This document shows positions 38,097 through 47,877 of a stretch of DNA of 64,000 nt, piece after piece. The notes beneath the pieces are model-generated. The model worked only from the letters and a program-made list of their open reading frames with translations. It was not told where the DNA came from and did no database searches. The DNA comes from an uncultured virus (IMG/VR IMGVR_UViG_3300042905_004424) (taxonomy: Duplodnaviria > Heunggongvirae > Uroviricota > Caudoviricetes): IMG/VR virus record IMGVR_UViG_3300042905_004424, one strand, 5' to 3'. The position numbers were made by a program, and so were the translations under genes. Each line of letters begins with the position of its first letter. The first letter of the stretch is position 1.

Positions 38097-38417
38097 ATGA
38101 GAAAATTCAAAAAAAAAATAATTGAAGAGGATTTAATTATTGAAAGTAACATAGAAAATACGGAAGAAAAAGAAGATATTGAAACAGAACACAGTTTTTA
38201 TATCAGTGATGAAAAATTTTCAATAAGTTGGGATCAACCAACAAACAGATGTAATAGAACTCACCTATCTCAAACATTAGAAATAAAAACAGAAAATTGT
38301 GAAAATAAAAATTTTTTAGTTTTAAAAACCGAAAAATGGGATTTTGAAAATTTTGACGATTTAATTTTTATTTTATTACAGTTTAAAAAAAGACATGAAA
38401 TTATGAAAAAATCTTAG
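38097..38417 (+). CDS. hypothetical protein
   Basis: 106-aa ORF. Confidence 0.6.
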   Translation: MRKFKKKIIEEDLIIESNIENTEEKEDIETEHSFYISDEKFSISWDQPTNRCNRTHLSQTLEIKTENCENKNFLVLKTEKWDFENFDDLIFILLQFKKRHEIMKKS

Positions 38418-38448
38418 TTATTTTATAATTTTTTTGTATCTTTGTTTT

Positions 38449-40203
38449 ATGTTAGAAGTAGAAGGTAAAACATTTCATAAGTTAGTTGAGAAAAAAAGTT
38501 ATAGGACTGAACTATATCATAATTTTTGCGACATATATCAAAAAGATACAAATAGTCTTGGATATAAAAATTTACTAAATTTATATGTCACCAAAAATGG
38601 AGACAGATTTTTTTCTGATACCCAATGTTTTACAGAAGAAGATTTTGTTAAAAATTTTGGAAATCCATGTGCTACTGTTAATTTTAATAGACAACGATTA
38701 TTCATAGAAGAGGGTGAGGATAAAATATCAATCAAATTTCAGACTCACCGAAAAATTAGAGGTGTAGGTTCCAAATATTTCTCAGAAAGAAAATCCACAA
38801 ACTACTTTACCTTCAATTTCAAAAAGAAAATGTTTTATTCAGGAACATTCTCCACTAAAAAAAAGAAAGTTATTGGAAGTAGTATGAAGGTAAACCCAAC
38901 ATATTACGCAATTGAAAGTCTTTTAAGAAATATTATAATTGATGAAAGTGTTAAATTAGACCAGTATATTTATTTTTTCTTAGAAAAGATTTGGGATAGA
39001 ATGGGCATTGAAAACCCACAAAACTTTCAGTGGGATTGTATGAAGTCTTTTTATAGTTTAACTTTCTATTTGGTTAATGGAATTAAAATACCGAACAATT
39101 GGAGAAAATTTACAGGTATATTCTTTTCTAAAAAAGAATTGAAAAAGTTTGATATGAACTTGGTGGAGACTGCAATGGATAAACTAAAACTAAAAGGATC
39201 CAAAGTCAAACAGATTTTTAATGAAATGGACTGGGTTGACTTTGATAAATTGCATATGACTTACAACCTTTTGGGTATTGATAGATTTAATAAAATTGAA
39301 AATAAATACTTTTACGAGTATTACAGCAACGACGAATTTGGTCTTCCAATAGAGGATAATAAAATGGGAAGATTTTTTGAATGTTTTTATGATCAATACA
39401 ATCAATACCAACGTAATAGAATGTCAACACCTTTAACTTCAAAAGAAAAGGATAGAATTCTAGACATGATAAAATACTTTTACGGACATAATAAATGGGC
39501 AATATTACTTGACCATTTAGATATGAAAAGAGATTTAATAAATCTTGGTGAGGATGTGAAATTTAAGTTCACAAACATTAGTAGTTTTAATTTAGAACAC
39601 GAGGAACTTAGTCGTCTTTTACAATCATACAGAAAAGGTGAGGTTGAAAGATTCTATGGTGATATAGATGGTTTAGAAACACCTATGGAACACAAATACG
39701 AAACTTATTATCCTGTTCTACTTCGTAAAACTATGGATTATGAAAAAGAATCACAACATCAACGAAATTGTGTTCGTAGTTATTCAGAAAGACCAGATTG
39801 TTTAATATTCTCAATCCGTAAAGGTTCAATAGATAGTGATGAAAGAATTACTGTGGAATACCAATACAGAAAAAATGAGATATTGAATGTTCAAGAAAGA
39901 GCAAAGTTTAATGAAACACCATCAGTTGAGTTTTCACATGTTGCTAAAATACAATTGGCAAATATCAATTTGATGTATAAGTTGGGAACATTAAAATTAC
40001 CAAAGATGATTAAAAAATATCGTAGTGGTAAAGAGATTGAACAACAAGCAACATTTGATAACGATACAGCGGTTAATGGACCAAAAATAGTCTCTATGGT
40101 GCCACATTGGGACACATATACTCCTGAGTTATCTTATTGGCAAAATGAAATATTAGGATTTGATATACCAGCTTATGATAATTTGTTTGATGAATTACCG
40201 TAA
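38449..40203 (+). CDS. PcfJ-like domain protein
   Basis: DHLDM...HEEL...YEKESQHQRNCVRSY...IFSIR...RITVE...Q.RAKFN; ATG 4 nt after TATCTTTG. Confidence 0.8.
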   Translation: MLEVEGKTFHKLVEKKSYRTELYHNFCDIYQKDTNSLGYKNLLNLYVTKNGDRFFSDTQCFTEEDFVKNFGNPCATVNFNRQRLFIEEGEDKISIKFQTHRKIRGVGSKYFSERKSTNYFTFNFKKKMFYSGTFSTKKKKVIGSSMKVNPTYYAIESLLRNIIIDESVKLDQYIYFFLEKIWDRMGIENPQNFQWDCMKSFYSLTFYLVNGIKIPNNWRKFTGIFFSKKELKKFDMNLVETAMDKLKLKGSKVKQIFNEMDWVDFDKLHMTYNLLGIDRFNKIENKYFYEYYSNDEFGLPIEDNKMGRFFECFYDQYNQYQRNRMSTPLTSKEKDRILDMIKYFYGHNKWAILLDHLDMKRDLINLGEDVKFKFTNISSFNLEHEELSRLLQSYRKGEVERFYGDIDGLETPMEHKYETYYPVLLRKTMDYEKESQHQRNCVRSYSERPDCLIFSIRKGSIDSDERITVEYQYRKNEILNVQERAKFNETPSVEFSHVAKIQLANINLMYKLGTLKLPKMIKKYRSGKEIEQQATFDNDTAVNGPKIVSMVPHWDTYTPELSYWQNEILGFDIPAYDNLFDELP

Positions 40204-40267
40204 AATTGTTATATTTATAAAACAAATAATATTAATAATTAAAAAAAATATAAAACAAGATTTAAAG

Positions 40268-40513
40268 ATGAAAATAATTAAGATATTACTAATATCGTTT
40301 TTGGTTTTTTCCTGTGTGGAAAAAAAATACAAATATGAAATTAAAGGAAAGGTTTATGTCCCAACCTCAGGGACTAACCCAATGCATGATGCCATTTGGT
40401 ATACAGACACAATAAGTTTTGACGGAGATGTCGCATATTATTTTAACAGTGATGGATCAGAAGTTAGAATATATCCACCATTTATTTTAATTGATCACAG
40501 CTTAAAAAAATAA
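40268..40513 (+). CDS. putative lipoprotein
   Basis: MKIIKILLISFLVFSC signal. Confidence 0.6.
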   Translation: MKIIKILLISFLVFSCVEKKYKYEIKGKVYVPTSGTNPMHDAIWYTDTISFDGDVAYYFNSDGSEVRIYPPFILIDHSLKK

Positions 40514-40652
40514 ACAATTACTGATATTGGGGTTAAAGATAAAAAAACTTTATGTTTAAGAGTATCTTACTATAGTTATAATAAACCAAATAAACTTTTT
40601 TTCCGACTTTTAGAGGAAAGATTATCTCAGTATTGGGATTAAAAAAAACATT

Positions 40653-40829
40653 ATGGATAAGAAAATATTACACGGAAAATTAATGAATGATCATAGGGCG
40701 ATAATAAATGAAATTTCAGATATAAAAGCCGAAAATTTTGAACTAAATGAAGATCAAAAAAAACAAGTTGCAAAACTTGAAAATCAGTTAAAGTTTATTG
40801 CCGAAAAATTATATCGTCTTTATATGTAA
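40653..40829 (+). CDS. small coiled-coil protein (not in ORF track)
   Basis: 58-aa ORF MDKKILHGKLMNDHRAIINEISDIKAENFEL... Confidence 0.55.
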   Translation: MDKKILHGKLMNDHRAIINEISDIKAENFELNEDQKKQVAKLENQLKFIAEKLYRLYM

Positions 40830-40833
40830 AATT

Positions 40834-41085
40834 ATGGTCGGACATTTAATAAAACATAATGATGATTGGATGGTAAAATACGACGATAATGGTATTTTAA
40901 AGTTATATCCTTTTTGTCCTGAAACCCAAAAATGGTCACAAAAACCTGAAGTTAAAAAATTCATAAAAGAAGATATTGAAGTTTTATTTGATTTTATTAT
41001 AACGGGTGAGTATTGTAAAACCAAAGAACAAATGGTTAAGAATTATTTTGTAAAAATAAAAAAAATAGAACACGAAACTTTATAA
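40834..41085 (+). CDS. hypothetical protein
   Basis: Likely start MVGHLIK. Confidence 0.6.
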   Translation: MVGHLIKHNDDWMVKYDDNGILKLYPFCPETQKWSQKPEVKKFIKEDIEVLFDFIITGEYCKTKEQMVKNYFVKIKKIEHETL

Positions 41086-41128
41086 AATAAAGTTCTGAAT
41101 ATTAACATATCTTAAATAAAAAAATTAA

Positions 41129-41434
41129 ATGGGGTTTGATAAAAAAATATTAGATTTAAGTAGAACAATCTACCAAAAATCTGTTATGGTACACGGATCA
41201 AAAGAAAATCCAAAAGAACACATTGAAAATATTAGAGGAATGATTAGAGAGTTTATCAGGACAGAAGTTGTTCCTTACGAATTAACCAATCAAGAAAAAA
41301 TGTCTTTTATTTTAAAAAATGAATTAATAATAACAAGAGCAATTATTAATGGTCACAAATCTATTGACCAAGACGAATATCAAAAAACTAGAGATAAAAT
41401 CAAAAAATATAGAATAGAATTGAATTTAATTTAA
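41129..41434 (+). CDS. hypothetical protein
   Basis: 101-aa ORF. Confidence 0.65.
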   Translation: MGFDKKILDLSRTIYQKSVMVHGSKENPKEHIENIRGMIREFIRTEVVPYELTNQEKMSFILKNELIITRAIINGHKSIDQDEYQKTRDKIKKYRIELNLI

Positions 41435-41456
41435 ATTATTTTATTATATTTGTATT

Positions 41457-42149
41457 ATGAAATTAACTATCCTATCAGATACTCACGGAAAACACAAACA
41501 CGTGCACCACGATTTACATGGTGGCGATTTGTTAATTCACGCCGGAGACATAAGTTCTATGGGTTACGAACACGAGATTACTCAGTTTGCGGGTTGGTAT
41601 GATAAAATTGCAACTTACGATCATAAAGTATTCATTGCGGGTAACCACGATTGGGGATTCCAAAACAACGTTGAGAAAGTAAAAGGTATCTTAACGGGAT
41701 ATAAAACTATTGAGTATATCCAAGATGAGTTAATGACCATCCAAGATGGTGATGGACCTGAAATTAAAATTTGGGGTTCTCCTTGGCAACCTGAGTTCTA
41801 CAATTGGGCATTTAACTTACCAAAAAATGGTGAAGAGTTAAAAGCAAAATGGGATATGATTCCTGAAGGAATTGATATCTTGATTACTCACGGACCGGCT
41901 TGGGGAATATTGGATGATGTTGAAGGTAACCGCAATGTTCACTTGGGTTGTGAATTACTTGCAGAGAAAATCAAACAAATCAAACCTAAAATCCATATCT
42001 GTGGTCACATCCATAGCGGACACGGACATTACTATGATGGACACACACATTACTTCAATGCGTCTGCGTTAAACGAGCAATATCTTTATTCCCACAAACC
42101 TTGGAATATTGATTGGAATCCAATAACCAATGAAATAGACTTTTTATAG
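41457..42149 (+). CDS. metallophosphoesterase (MPPED/239FB-like)
   Basis: SDTH, HAGD, IAGNHD, WGSPWQP, LITHGP, GCELL, CGHIH. Confidence 0.92.
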   Translation: MKLTILSDTHGKHKHVHHDLHGGDLLIHAGDISSMGYEHEITQFAGWYDKIATYDHKVFIAGNHDWGFQNNVEKVKGILTGYKTIEYIQDELMTIQDGDGPEIKIWGSPWQPEFYNWAFNLPKNGEELKAKWDMIPEGIDILITHGPAWGILDDVEGNRNVHLGCELLAEKIKQIKPKIHICGHIHSGHGHYYDGHTHYFNASALNEQYLYSHKPWNIDWNPITNEIDFL

Positions 42150-42234
42150 ATGTTTTAGTAGGTTAATGCCTATGACTGAGTTGACATTGCAATAAAAATT
42201 GATTATAATAAAAATATAAAAACAAATTAAAAAT

Positions 42235-42477
42235 ATGAAAAAATTATTATTACCTGTGATCGTTATGTTATTTATCATGACTTCATGTAAGACAAAATCT
42301 AATTGCGATGCTTATACCAAAAATTTAAATAACGGAATAGACTCTCTTGAAACCCAAATTAAAAGTAAAAAAGATTCTATTAATCTATTAAACAATTATA
42401 TAGTTTTCTTAGAAAATGAAACACAGTTTTTGGGTAGTATTCTTGCAGAGAAAGAATTCGAGGACGGTATTGAATAA
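42235..42477 (+). CDS. putative lipoprotein
   Basis: MKKLLLPVIVMLFIMTSC; CDAY; coiled coil. Confidence 0.65.
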   Translation: MKKLLLPVIVMLFIMTSCKTKSNCDAYTKNLNNGIDSLETQIKSKKDSINLLNNYIVFLENETQFLGSILAEKEFEDGIE

Positions 42478-42503
42478 CAAATAAATTACTAAAAACATAA
42501 AAC

Positions 42504-42755
42504 GTGAAAAAAAGAACACTCAACGAAATAAGACAAGAGAAAGAATTTGGTTACAAACCACCGGTAGATAAGAAAACAAAACCGGAACAAAATTTTGAGA
42601 TTAAAATTACCATAACAGATGGAGAAAAAAAAATAAAATCAAAAATTAATGTTTCCGATTATAAAACATCAAAAGAATTACATAACGTTAGTTTGGTTGA
42701 TGAAACTGTGGTTTCTTTGTTATCTCAATTTGAAAATAAAGAAATACAGAATTAA
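42504..42755 (+). CDS. hypothetical protein
   Basis: 83-aa ORF. Confidence 0.6.
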   Translation: MKKRTLNEIRQEKEFGYKPPVDKKTKPEQNFEIKITITDGEKKIKSKINVSDYKTSKELHNVSLVDETVVSLLSQFENKEIQN

Positions 42756-42767
42756 ATTAAAAATATC

Positions 42768-42986
42768 ATGAGTGAAAAAATAACACCTTACATAGGGTCG
42801 GATGGTGATTTTTATATGGATGACGACGAAATTAAATTATGGGACAACACATTAATGGATGGCCTTAAAGAAATTAAAGTTGAGGAAGTAATTGACAAAA
42901 TCAGAAATTATTACAATACCTGTTGTGATATTGATGGAAGACCACCATCTAAAGTAAAATTCAACGAGTTTCTTGATTTATTATAA
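42768..42986 (+). CDS. hypothetical protein
   Basis: 72-aa ORF with WDNTLMDGL. Confidence 0.6.
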   Translation: MSEKITPYIGSDGDFYMDDDEIKLWDNTLMDGLKEIKVEEVIDKIRNYYNTCCDIDGRPPSKVKFNEFLDLL

Positions 42987-43007
42987 AAAAATTTATAACT
43001 TTGTTTT

Positions 43008-43253
43008 ATGGGAAAAATAACAATAGAATTTGATTCGATAGAAGAATCACAAGATGCTAGAGTAGCTCTTGATGGTTATAAATGGAAATTGGCAATGTGG
43101 GATCTTGATCAAAAGTTAAGAGCGACAACCAAACACGGAATTAAGTTTTATTCCAATGAAGAAGCATCAAGTGAGGAAATGGAAATCTGTGAAAAAATCA
43201 GAGAAGAAATAAGAGAGACTCTTGAAGGTTATAGTTTAAATTTAAACGATTAA
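43008..43253 (+). CDS. hypothetical phage protein
   Basis: 81-aa ORF; ATG 4 nt after TAACTTTG. Confidence 0.7.
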   Translation: MGKITIEFDSIEESQDARVALDGYKWKLAMWDLDQKLRATTKHGIKFYSNEEASSEEMEICEKIREEIRETLEGYSLNLND

Positions 43254-43439
43254 AATGATATAATTTTTTATTGCAAAAAGTATGAATTTTTCATATAAAT
43301 CGCAAATTAAAACTAAGTAAAAACAAAAGACAAATGAAAAAGTTATTCAGATACCTAATATGGTTACAACAAGAAAAAATAAATGCAATGGTATATTGCC
43401 AACGAGGATTTTAAAAATAAAACAAAATTTATAAAAAAT

Positions 43440-43889
43440 ATGAAAAAAGTAATAATTAGTATCGCGTTAATGTTAAACTTAAATGTTAACGCACAATGGA
43501 TGAACAAAAATATTAATAATGGGTTTGATGAACCTTATCGGATATGTTATACTGCTGAAAATAATGGATCAGTTTTAAAGTTAGAAAATGTGGATGGGAC
43601 AATATTTTTTTATCTGTTGGGGGGATATACTTGTGATGAATACCCAACGGTAGACTTATCTTTTTTAGTTAATGGTTCTTATGTGAAATACTCTGAACCT
43701 ATGGAAGTTTCTGAAGATAGAACAATTATATGGATAGTCGATAACTTAATGGAAAGCACTATACTTAACGACTTTAAACTATGTAGTTTATTAAAAATTA
43801 GGGTAAATGATATAACTTGCTCATCTGAAGTTTTTACCTTCAACATGGCCGGAAGCACATCGGCACTTAAGTTTATAGGTGAGAAATAA
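43440..43889 (+). CDS. secreted protein
   Basis: MKKVIISIALMLNLNVNA-Q signal peptide. Confidence 0.7.
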   Translation: MKKVIISIALMLNLNVNAQWMNKNINNGFDEPYRICYTAENNGSVLKLENVDGTIFFYLLGGYTCDEYPTVDLSFLVNGSYVKYSEPMEVSEDRTIIWIVDNLMESTILNDFKLCSLLKIRVNDITCSSEVFTFNMAGSTSALKFIGEK

Positions 43890-44935
43890 TGAATAATTTA
43901 GATAAACAATACACTGATTTATTACAGGACATTCTTGAAAATGGAGTTACAAAATCAGATCGTACTGGTACTGGAACTCTTTCAGTGTTTGGAAGACAGA
44001 TTAGACATAAAATGAGTGAGGGGTTTCCATTACTTACAACTAAGAAAATGCCGTTCAAAACAATAACAACAGAATTACTATGGTTCCTTCGTGGTGATTC
44101 AGATATTAGGTTTTTATGGGAAAATAATTGTAAAATATGGGACGGTGATTGGGAAAAAAATTACAAAACTACTTGTTCAGAACCATATACAATAGAAGAG
44201 GTTAAACAGAAAGTAAAAGATGGTAATCATTCTTTTCACGATTCAATGTTTGATATGGGTCCTGTGTATGGTAAGCAATGGAGAAGTTGGGGTGAAAGAA
44301 AACACGACTCAATTAGTAATGAATACTTCATTGGTATAGACCAAATCCAAAATCTAATCAACGACCTTAAAACAAATCCTGACTCAAGACGATTGATGGT
44401 GAATGCTTGGAATGTGGGTGAATTAGACCAAATGGTTCTTCCACCTTGCCATTATGGATTTCAAGTTTATACAAAAGAGTTAAGTTTAGAAGAAAGAAGA
44501 TCATTAGTCAGTCAAGAAATGTTTAATCGACTCTATAATGGTGGAGGACCTGATACTTTATCTCATTCTGAAATCAATCAATTTAATGTCCCAACCAGAT
44601 CAATCTCTTTAATGTGGAACCAAAGATCGTGTGATATTTTTTTGGGAATCCCATTCAATATCGCTTCATATGGACTGTTATTAGAAATATTGGCAAAAGA
44701 AGTAAATATGGTTCCTGACGAATTGATTGGAAACTTGGGTGATACTCACCTTTACCTTAACCACATTGAACAAGCAAAAGAACAGATTGGTAGAGAACCG
44801 TTTCCATTACCAACCTTAAATCAGTTCCCAACTTATGAAGGGTCAAGACCATCAATAGAATCTTATGTGATAGGTGATTTCACATTAAAAGGTTATCAGT
44901 CACACGAAAAAATTAAAGCACCATTATCAAATTAA
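43889..44935 (+). CDS. thyA: thymidylate synthase
   Basis: DRTGTGT, FPLLTTKK, ELLWFL, GPVYGKQWR, SRR, LPPCH, QRSCD..LG.PFNIASY, GDTHLY. Confidence 0.97.
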   Translation: MNNLDKQYTDLLQDILENGVTKSDRTGTGTLSVFGRQIRHKMSEGFPLLTTKKMPFKTITTELLWFLRGDSDIRFLWENNCKIWDGDWEKNYKTTCSEPYTIEEVKQKVKDGNHSFHDSMFDMGPVYGKQWRSWGERKHDSISNEYFIGIDQIQNLINDLKTNPDSRRLMVNAWNVGELDQMVLPPCHYGFQVYTKELSLEERRSLVSQEMFNRLYNGGGPDTLSHSEINQFNVPTRSISLMWNQRSCDIFLGIPFNIASYGLLLEILAKEVNMVPDELIGNLGDTHLYLNHIEQAKEQIGREPFPLPTLNQFPTYEGSRPSIESYVIGDFTLKGYQSHEKIKAPLSN

Positions 44936-44946
44936 AAATAAAAAAA

Positions 44947-45264
44947 ATGAAAGAACAAGAAATTAAAAAAGAAACAACCCCAAAGAAAAAATATTATAAA
45001 CCAAAAATAAAAAGAGAAATTTTAGAAATTGACGTTCCTAAAATTGGAAATAAAATTGATAAGGTAGTTAATTCAGAAAAACCATATTTGGAATACAAAA
45101 AACTAATAACAAATAAAAATGTTGGTAGTTATTTTATGGGCACTGGAAAAGGATTCCATATCTATTTGGAGAAAAAACCAAATTGGTTACACAGAAAATG
45201 TATGGAACTATTTTTAGGTTGGAAATGGATAGAAAATAATGAAATAAAATCACATAAATTATAA
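44947..45264 (+). CDS. hypothetical protein
   Basis: KPNWLHR...FLGWKW C-terminus. Confidence 0.65.
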   Translation: MKEQEIKKETTPKKKYYKPKIKREILEIDVPKIGNKIDKVVNSEKPYLEYKKLITNKNVGSYFMGTGKGFHIYLEKKPNWLHRKCMELFLGWKWIENNEIKSHKL

Positions 45265-45265
45265 A

Positions 45266-45490
45266 ATGAAAAAAACAATATTAATAGGTCTTATAGTGTT
45301 AATGACATCCTGCACTTCAAAATACAAATACTTAATTACAGATCATAAGGGTCAATATTACTTGTGTAATTTTTATAATAAAACGGGTGATGATTGTATC
45401 TTATTTAATGATAAACCAGGGTATAATAATAATAATGTTGGAACACCAACAAGAGTTTGTGGTGATTACGAAATTAAAAATTTAAAGTAG
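45266..45490 (+). CDS. putative lipoprotein
   Basis: MKKTILIGLIVLMTSC. Confidence 0.65.
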   Translation: MKKTILIGLIVLMTSCTSKYKYLITDHKGQYYLCNFYNKTGDDCILFNDKPGYNNNNVGTPTRVCGDYEIKNLK

Positions 45491-45491
45491 T

Positions 45492-45725
45492 GTGAAAACC
45501 AAAATCCATGTGAACCAACATCGCATAAGGTCAAATAAAACTAAAAAAACAGATCTACCTGTGATTACAATAAAACAAGGTAGAAAGAACACATATTGTA
45601 ATGAGGTTGAAATACTTGGACCAAGTAGAATTATATATTGTGGGAGTGGAGATCAAAAACCATTACTCAGTTGTGGAGCAAGAGTTGTAATAGAAACAGA
45701 AAGTGAAATAAATATTATATCATAA
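45492..45725 (+). CDS. hypothetical phage protein
   Basis: IHVNQH.I..N...P.IT.K...EV.I.G.S...LSCGARV.IET. Confidence 0.7.
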   Translation: MKTKIHVNQHRIRSNKTKKTDLPVITIKQGRKNTYCNEVEILGPSRIIYCGSGDQKPLLSCGARVVIETESEINIIS

Positions 45726-45750
45726 AAAAACCCCGAGTGATCGGGGTTTT
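45724..45750. terminator. bidirectional intrinsic terminator
   Basis: AAAAAAACCCCGA-GTGA-TCGGGGTTTT between convergent genes. Confidence 0.85.
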
Positions 45751-45755
45751 CTGTT

Positions 45756-46580
45756 TTACTTAAGTAAGTTGTAATACTCTTTAAAGTGTTTGATTCTATC
45801 AGGTAAACCAATAGTTCCGCCATTTACTCGTTTAGTTACTGCAGTTACCGTAGCATCATCCGCCCCTTTATCACATATAGACCAAAGTTTATTTGAGTCA
45901 AAAAAGAACGCTGCCGAAGCCAAAGGATATTTGGTTGAAACTAAATCAGGATTTGAAATACAATCTTCACCAATAAATTTTGTAAAGTTTGTATAGTTTG
46001 CCTTACCTGTTAATTGAATAAAACCTCTACCTCTAAATTTATAACCTTCTTTTGAAGCTTCGTCACCATTACCCATTCTACCACCATAAACACGGGATGC
46101 AATCTTTTCAGGTTGTTTTGCGTATGACTCATTTAAGTTACCAGGGAAGTATTTTCCAAATATTTTCTTCAAACCATCCGCAGAATAATTTAAATTCTCA
46201 GAAACCGCCTTAAAACCTCCTGATTCGTGACCACATTGGGCTAAAAAATGAGCCAAACGTAGGTTATTTGTAATATTGAATTTTTTTGCAGTGTCAGGTA
46301 TCTGTGCAATTACTGCATCAGGTATATGACCCTTTAATTTTTCAATATTTAATGATCCACCTGAAGGAATAACAACATCTTCTTTGATGACTTGGGTAGC
46401 TCCGAACATTTTTGACCATGTTCCATCACCAACAATACCATCTGCGGTTAATCCATTAGCTGATTGCCATTCTTTTACTACTTTTTCCGTACCAGGTCCA
46501 AATGCGCCGTCAGCGGTAAGTCCTAATTTTGTTTGGAGTTTTTTTACATCCTCTCCTTTAGATCCATTTTTTAATAACAT
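45756..46580 (-). CDS. endolysin: PG_binding_1 domain plus GH19 catalytic domain
   Basis: LKNGSKGEDVKKLQ..ADGAFGPGT..DGIVG; RLAHFLAQCGHESGGF, ENLNYS, RGRGFIQLTG, TKRVNGG. Confidence 0.93.
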   Translation of the reverse strand: MLLKNGSKGEDVKKLQTKLGLTADGAFGPGTEKVVKEWQSANGLTADGIVGDGTWSKMFGATQVIKEDVVIPSGGSLNIEKLKGHIPDAVIAQIPDTAKKFNITNNLRLAHFLAQCGHESGGFKAVSENLNYSADGLKKIFGKYFPGNLNESYAKQPEKIASRVYGGRMGNGDEASKEGYKFRGRGFIQLTGKANYTNFTKFIGEDCISNPDLVSTKYPLASAAFFFDSNKLWSICDKGADDATVTAVTKRVNGGTIGLPDRIKHFKEYYNLLK

Positions 46581-46684
46581 AATATATAAGTTTATTATAA
46601 ATATAATAGTAAATTAAAAGTAAATACTTTTATGAAAAAAATGTCATTTTAAATATTATCATATATTTATTAATAAATAAAATT

Positions 46685-47284
46685 ATGAAATACACTAAAG
46701 AAAAGATTGAGTCTACCGTAAAGACTAAAGGTTATGTTTGGTTTGAAGACACAAACAATAAAGGATATGATGTAAATATTGTTGGAATCAGAAACTCATC
46801 TGTTGGAGACAAAGTTACAAATGTTTTTGACGATTTATTAACCTTAAGTTATAAAGACGAAAAAGGTGTTTGGCAATATCACGAATGGTTGGCAACTACA
46901 GATCCAGGAACAAAGGGTGTTAAACAATTTGGTAATAAAGCTGGAGTTGCTAGACTTGTTGAAGGACAATATAGAGGTTCTCACATTATTAGATTACATG
47001 GAGGAAAATACGAAGCGTTAGGACAAAACAAACCGGTTAAAGTTTATAGAGATGCAAACCGTGATATGGTATATGACGAAAAACTAATTCAAGAAGGGGT
47101 ATTTGGAATAAACATTCATAAAGCAGGTGCCGACTCAACATATGTGGAAAATTGGTCTGAAGGATGTCAAGTATTTAAAAAATCCGCAGACTTTGAATCT
47201 TTTATGAAAATATGTAGAAAGTCTCGTGACATTCACGGTAATTCATTTACATATACGTTAATTGAAAGTTTAGATATTAAATAA
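46685..47284 (+). CDS. putative peptidoglycan-active enzyme (L,D-transpeptidase-like His/Cys motif)
   Basis: NIVGIR, ATTDPG, GINIH...WSEGCQV; divergent from endolysin and upstream of holin-like genes. Confidence 0.6.
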   Translation: MKYTKEKIESTVKTKGYVWFEDTNNKGYDVNIVGIRNSSVGDKVTNVFDDLLTLSYKDEKGVWQYHEWLATTDPGTKGVKQFGNKAGVARLVEGQYRGSHIIRLHGGKYEALGQNKPVKVYRDANRDMVYDEKLIQEGVFGINIHKAGADSTYVENWSEGCQVFKKSADFESFMKICRKSRDIHGNSFTYTLIESLDIK

Positions 47285-47309
47285 ATAAATAAATAAAAAA
47301 AATAAAGTT

Positions 47310-47567
47310 ATGTTTAAAAAAATGTTTCATTGGATAAATGGGTTATTTAAGGACGAAAAAGGATCCCCATCGTCTAAAAGATTTATTGGTATATTGTGTG
47401 GTATTACCTTATGTGTTACTTTATATGCGAACAGCTATACTCACGGAGATATAAAACCTGCAGACACTTTAGTAAATGCCGTGGCAATGTTAGCGTTTGG
47501 GTGTTTAGGATTGGCATCGGTAGATAAAATTTGGGGTAAAAAAGATAACGATAAAACAGAAGAGTAA
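47310..47567 (+). CDS. holin-like two-TM protein
   Basis: GSPSSKRF followed by two hydrophobic helices and a charged tail. Confidence 0.6.
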   Translation: MFKKMFHWINGLFKDEKGSPSSKRFIGILCGITLCVTLYANSYTHGDIKPADTLVNAVAMLAFGCLGLASVDKIWGKKDNDKTEE

Positions 47568-47568
47568 A

Positions 47569-47868
47569 ATGAAAAAAATAATAGCGTGTATTATATTAAC
47601 CCTATTTAGTTATACAGTTTATGGTCAATGCGCCCCTAAACCAATAAAACATTGGGCTCTAAGCACAAGTGCCGGTTATATTAATGTGTCAAATATTAAA
47701 CCAAAGGGAGCTATATACCAATCCAATGGTTGGTCATCTTTAAATCTTAACTACAATATCAAAAAGTGGTCTTTTGGAACTTGGGCAGGTGCTAACTATT
47801 ACATAAATGGAAACCAACCTGATTTAAGATTTGGAATCTCAGTTACATACACCATAAAAACTTGGTAA
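47569..47868 (+). CDS. small secreted beta-strand protein
   Basis: Signal peptide; amphipathic strands; C-terminal Trp. Confidence 0.6.
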   Translation: MKKIIACIILTLFSYTVYGQCAPKPIKHWALSTSAGYINVSNIKPKGAIYQSNGWSSLNLNYNIKKWSFGTWAGANYYINGNQPDLRFGISVTYTIKTW

Positions 47869-47877
47869 TATAAAAAT

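Noticed and set aside
43889..44935. Intron or intein in thyA
   Set aside because: ORF is continuous; the extra segments are short insertions without intein or homing-endonuclease motifs.
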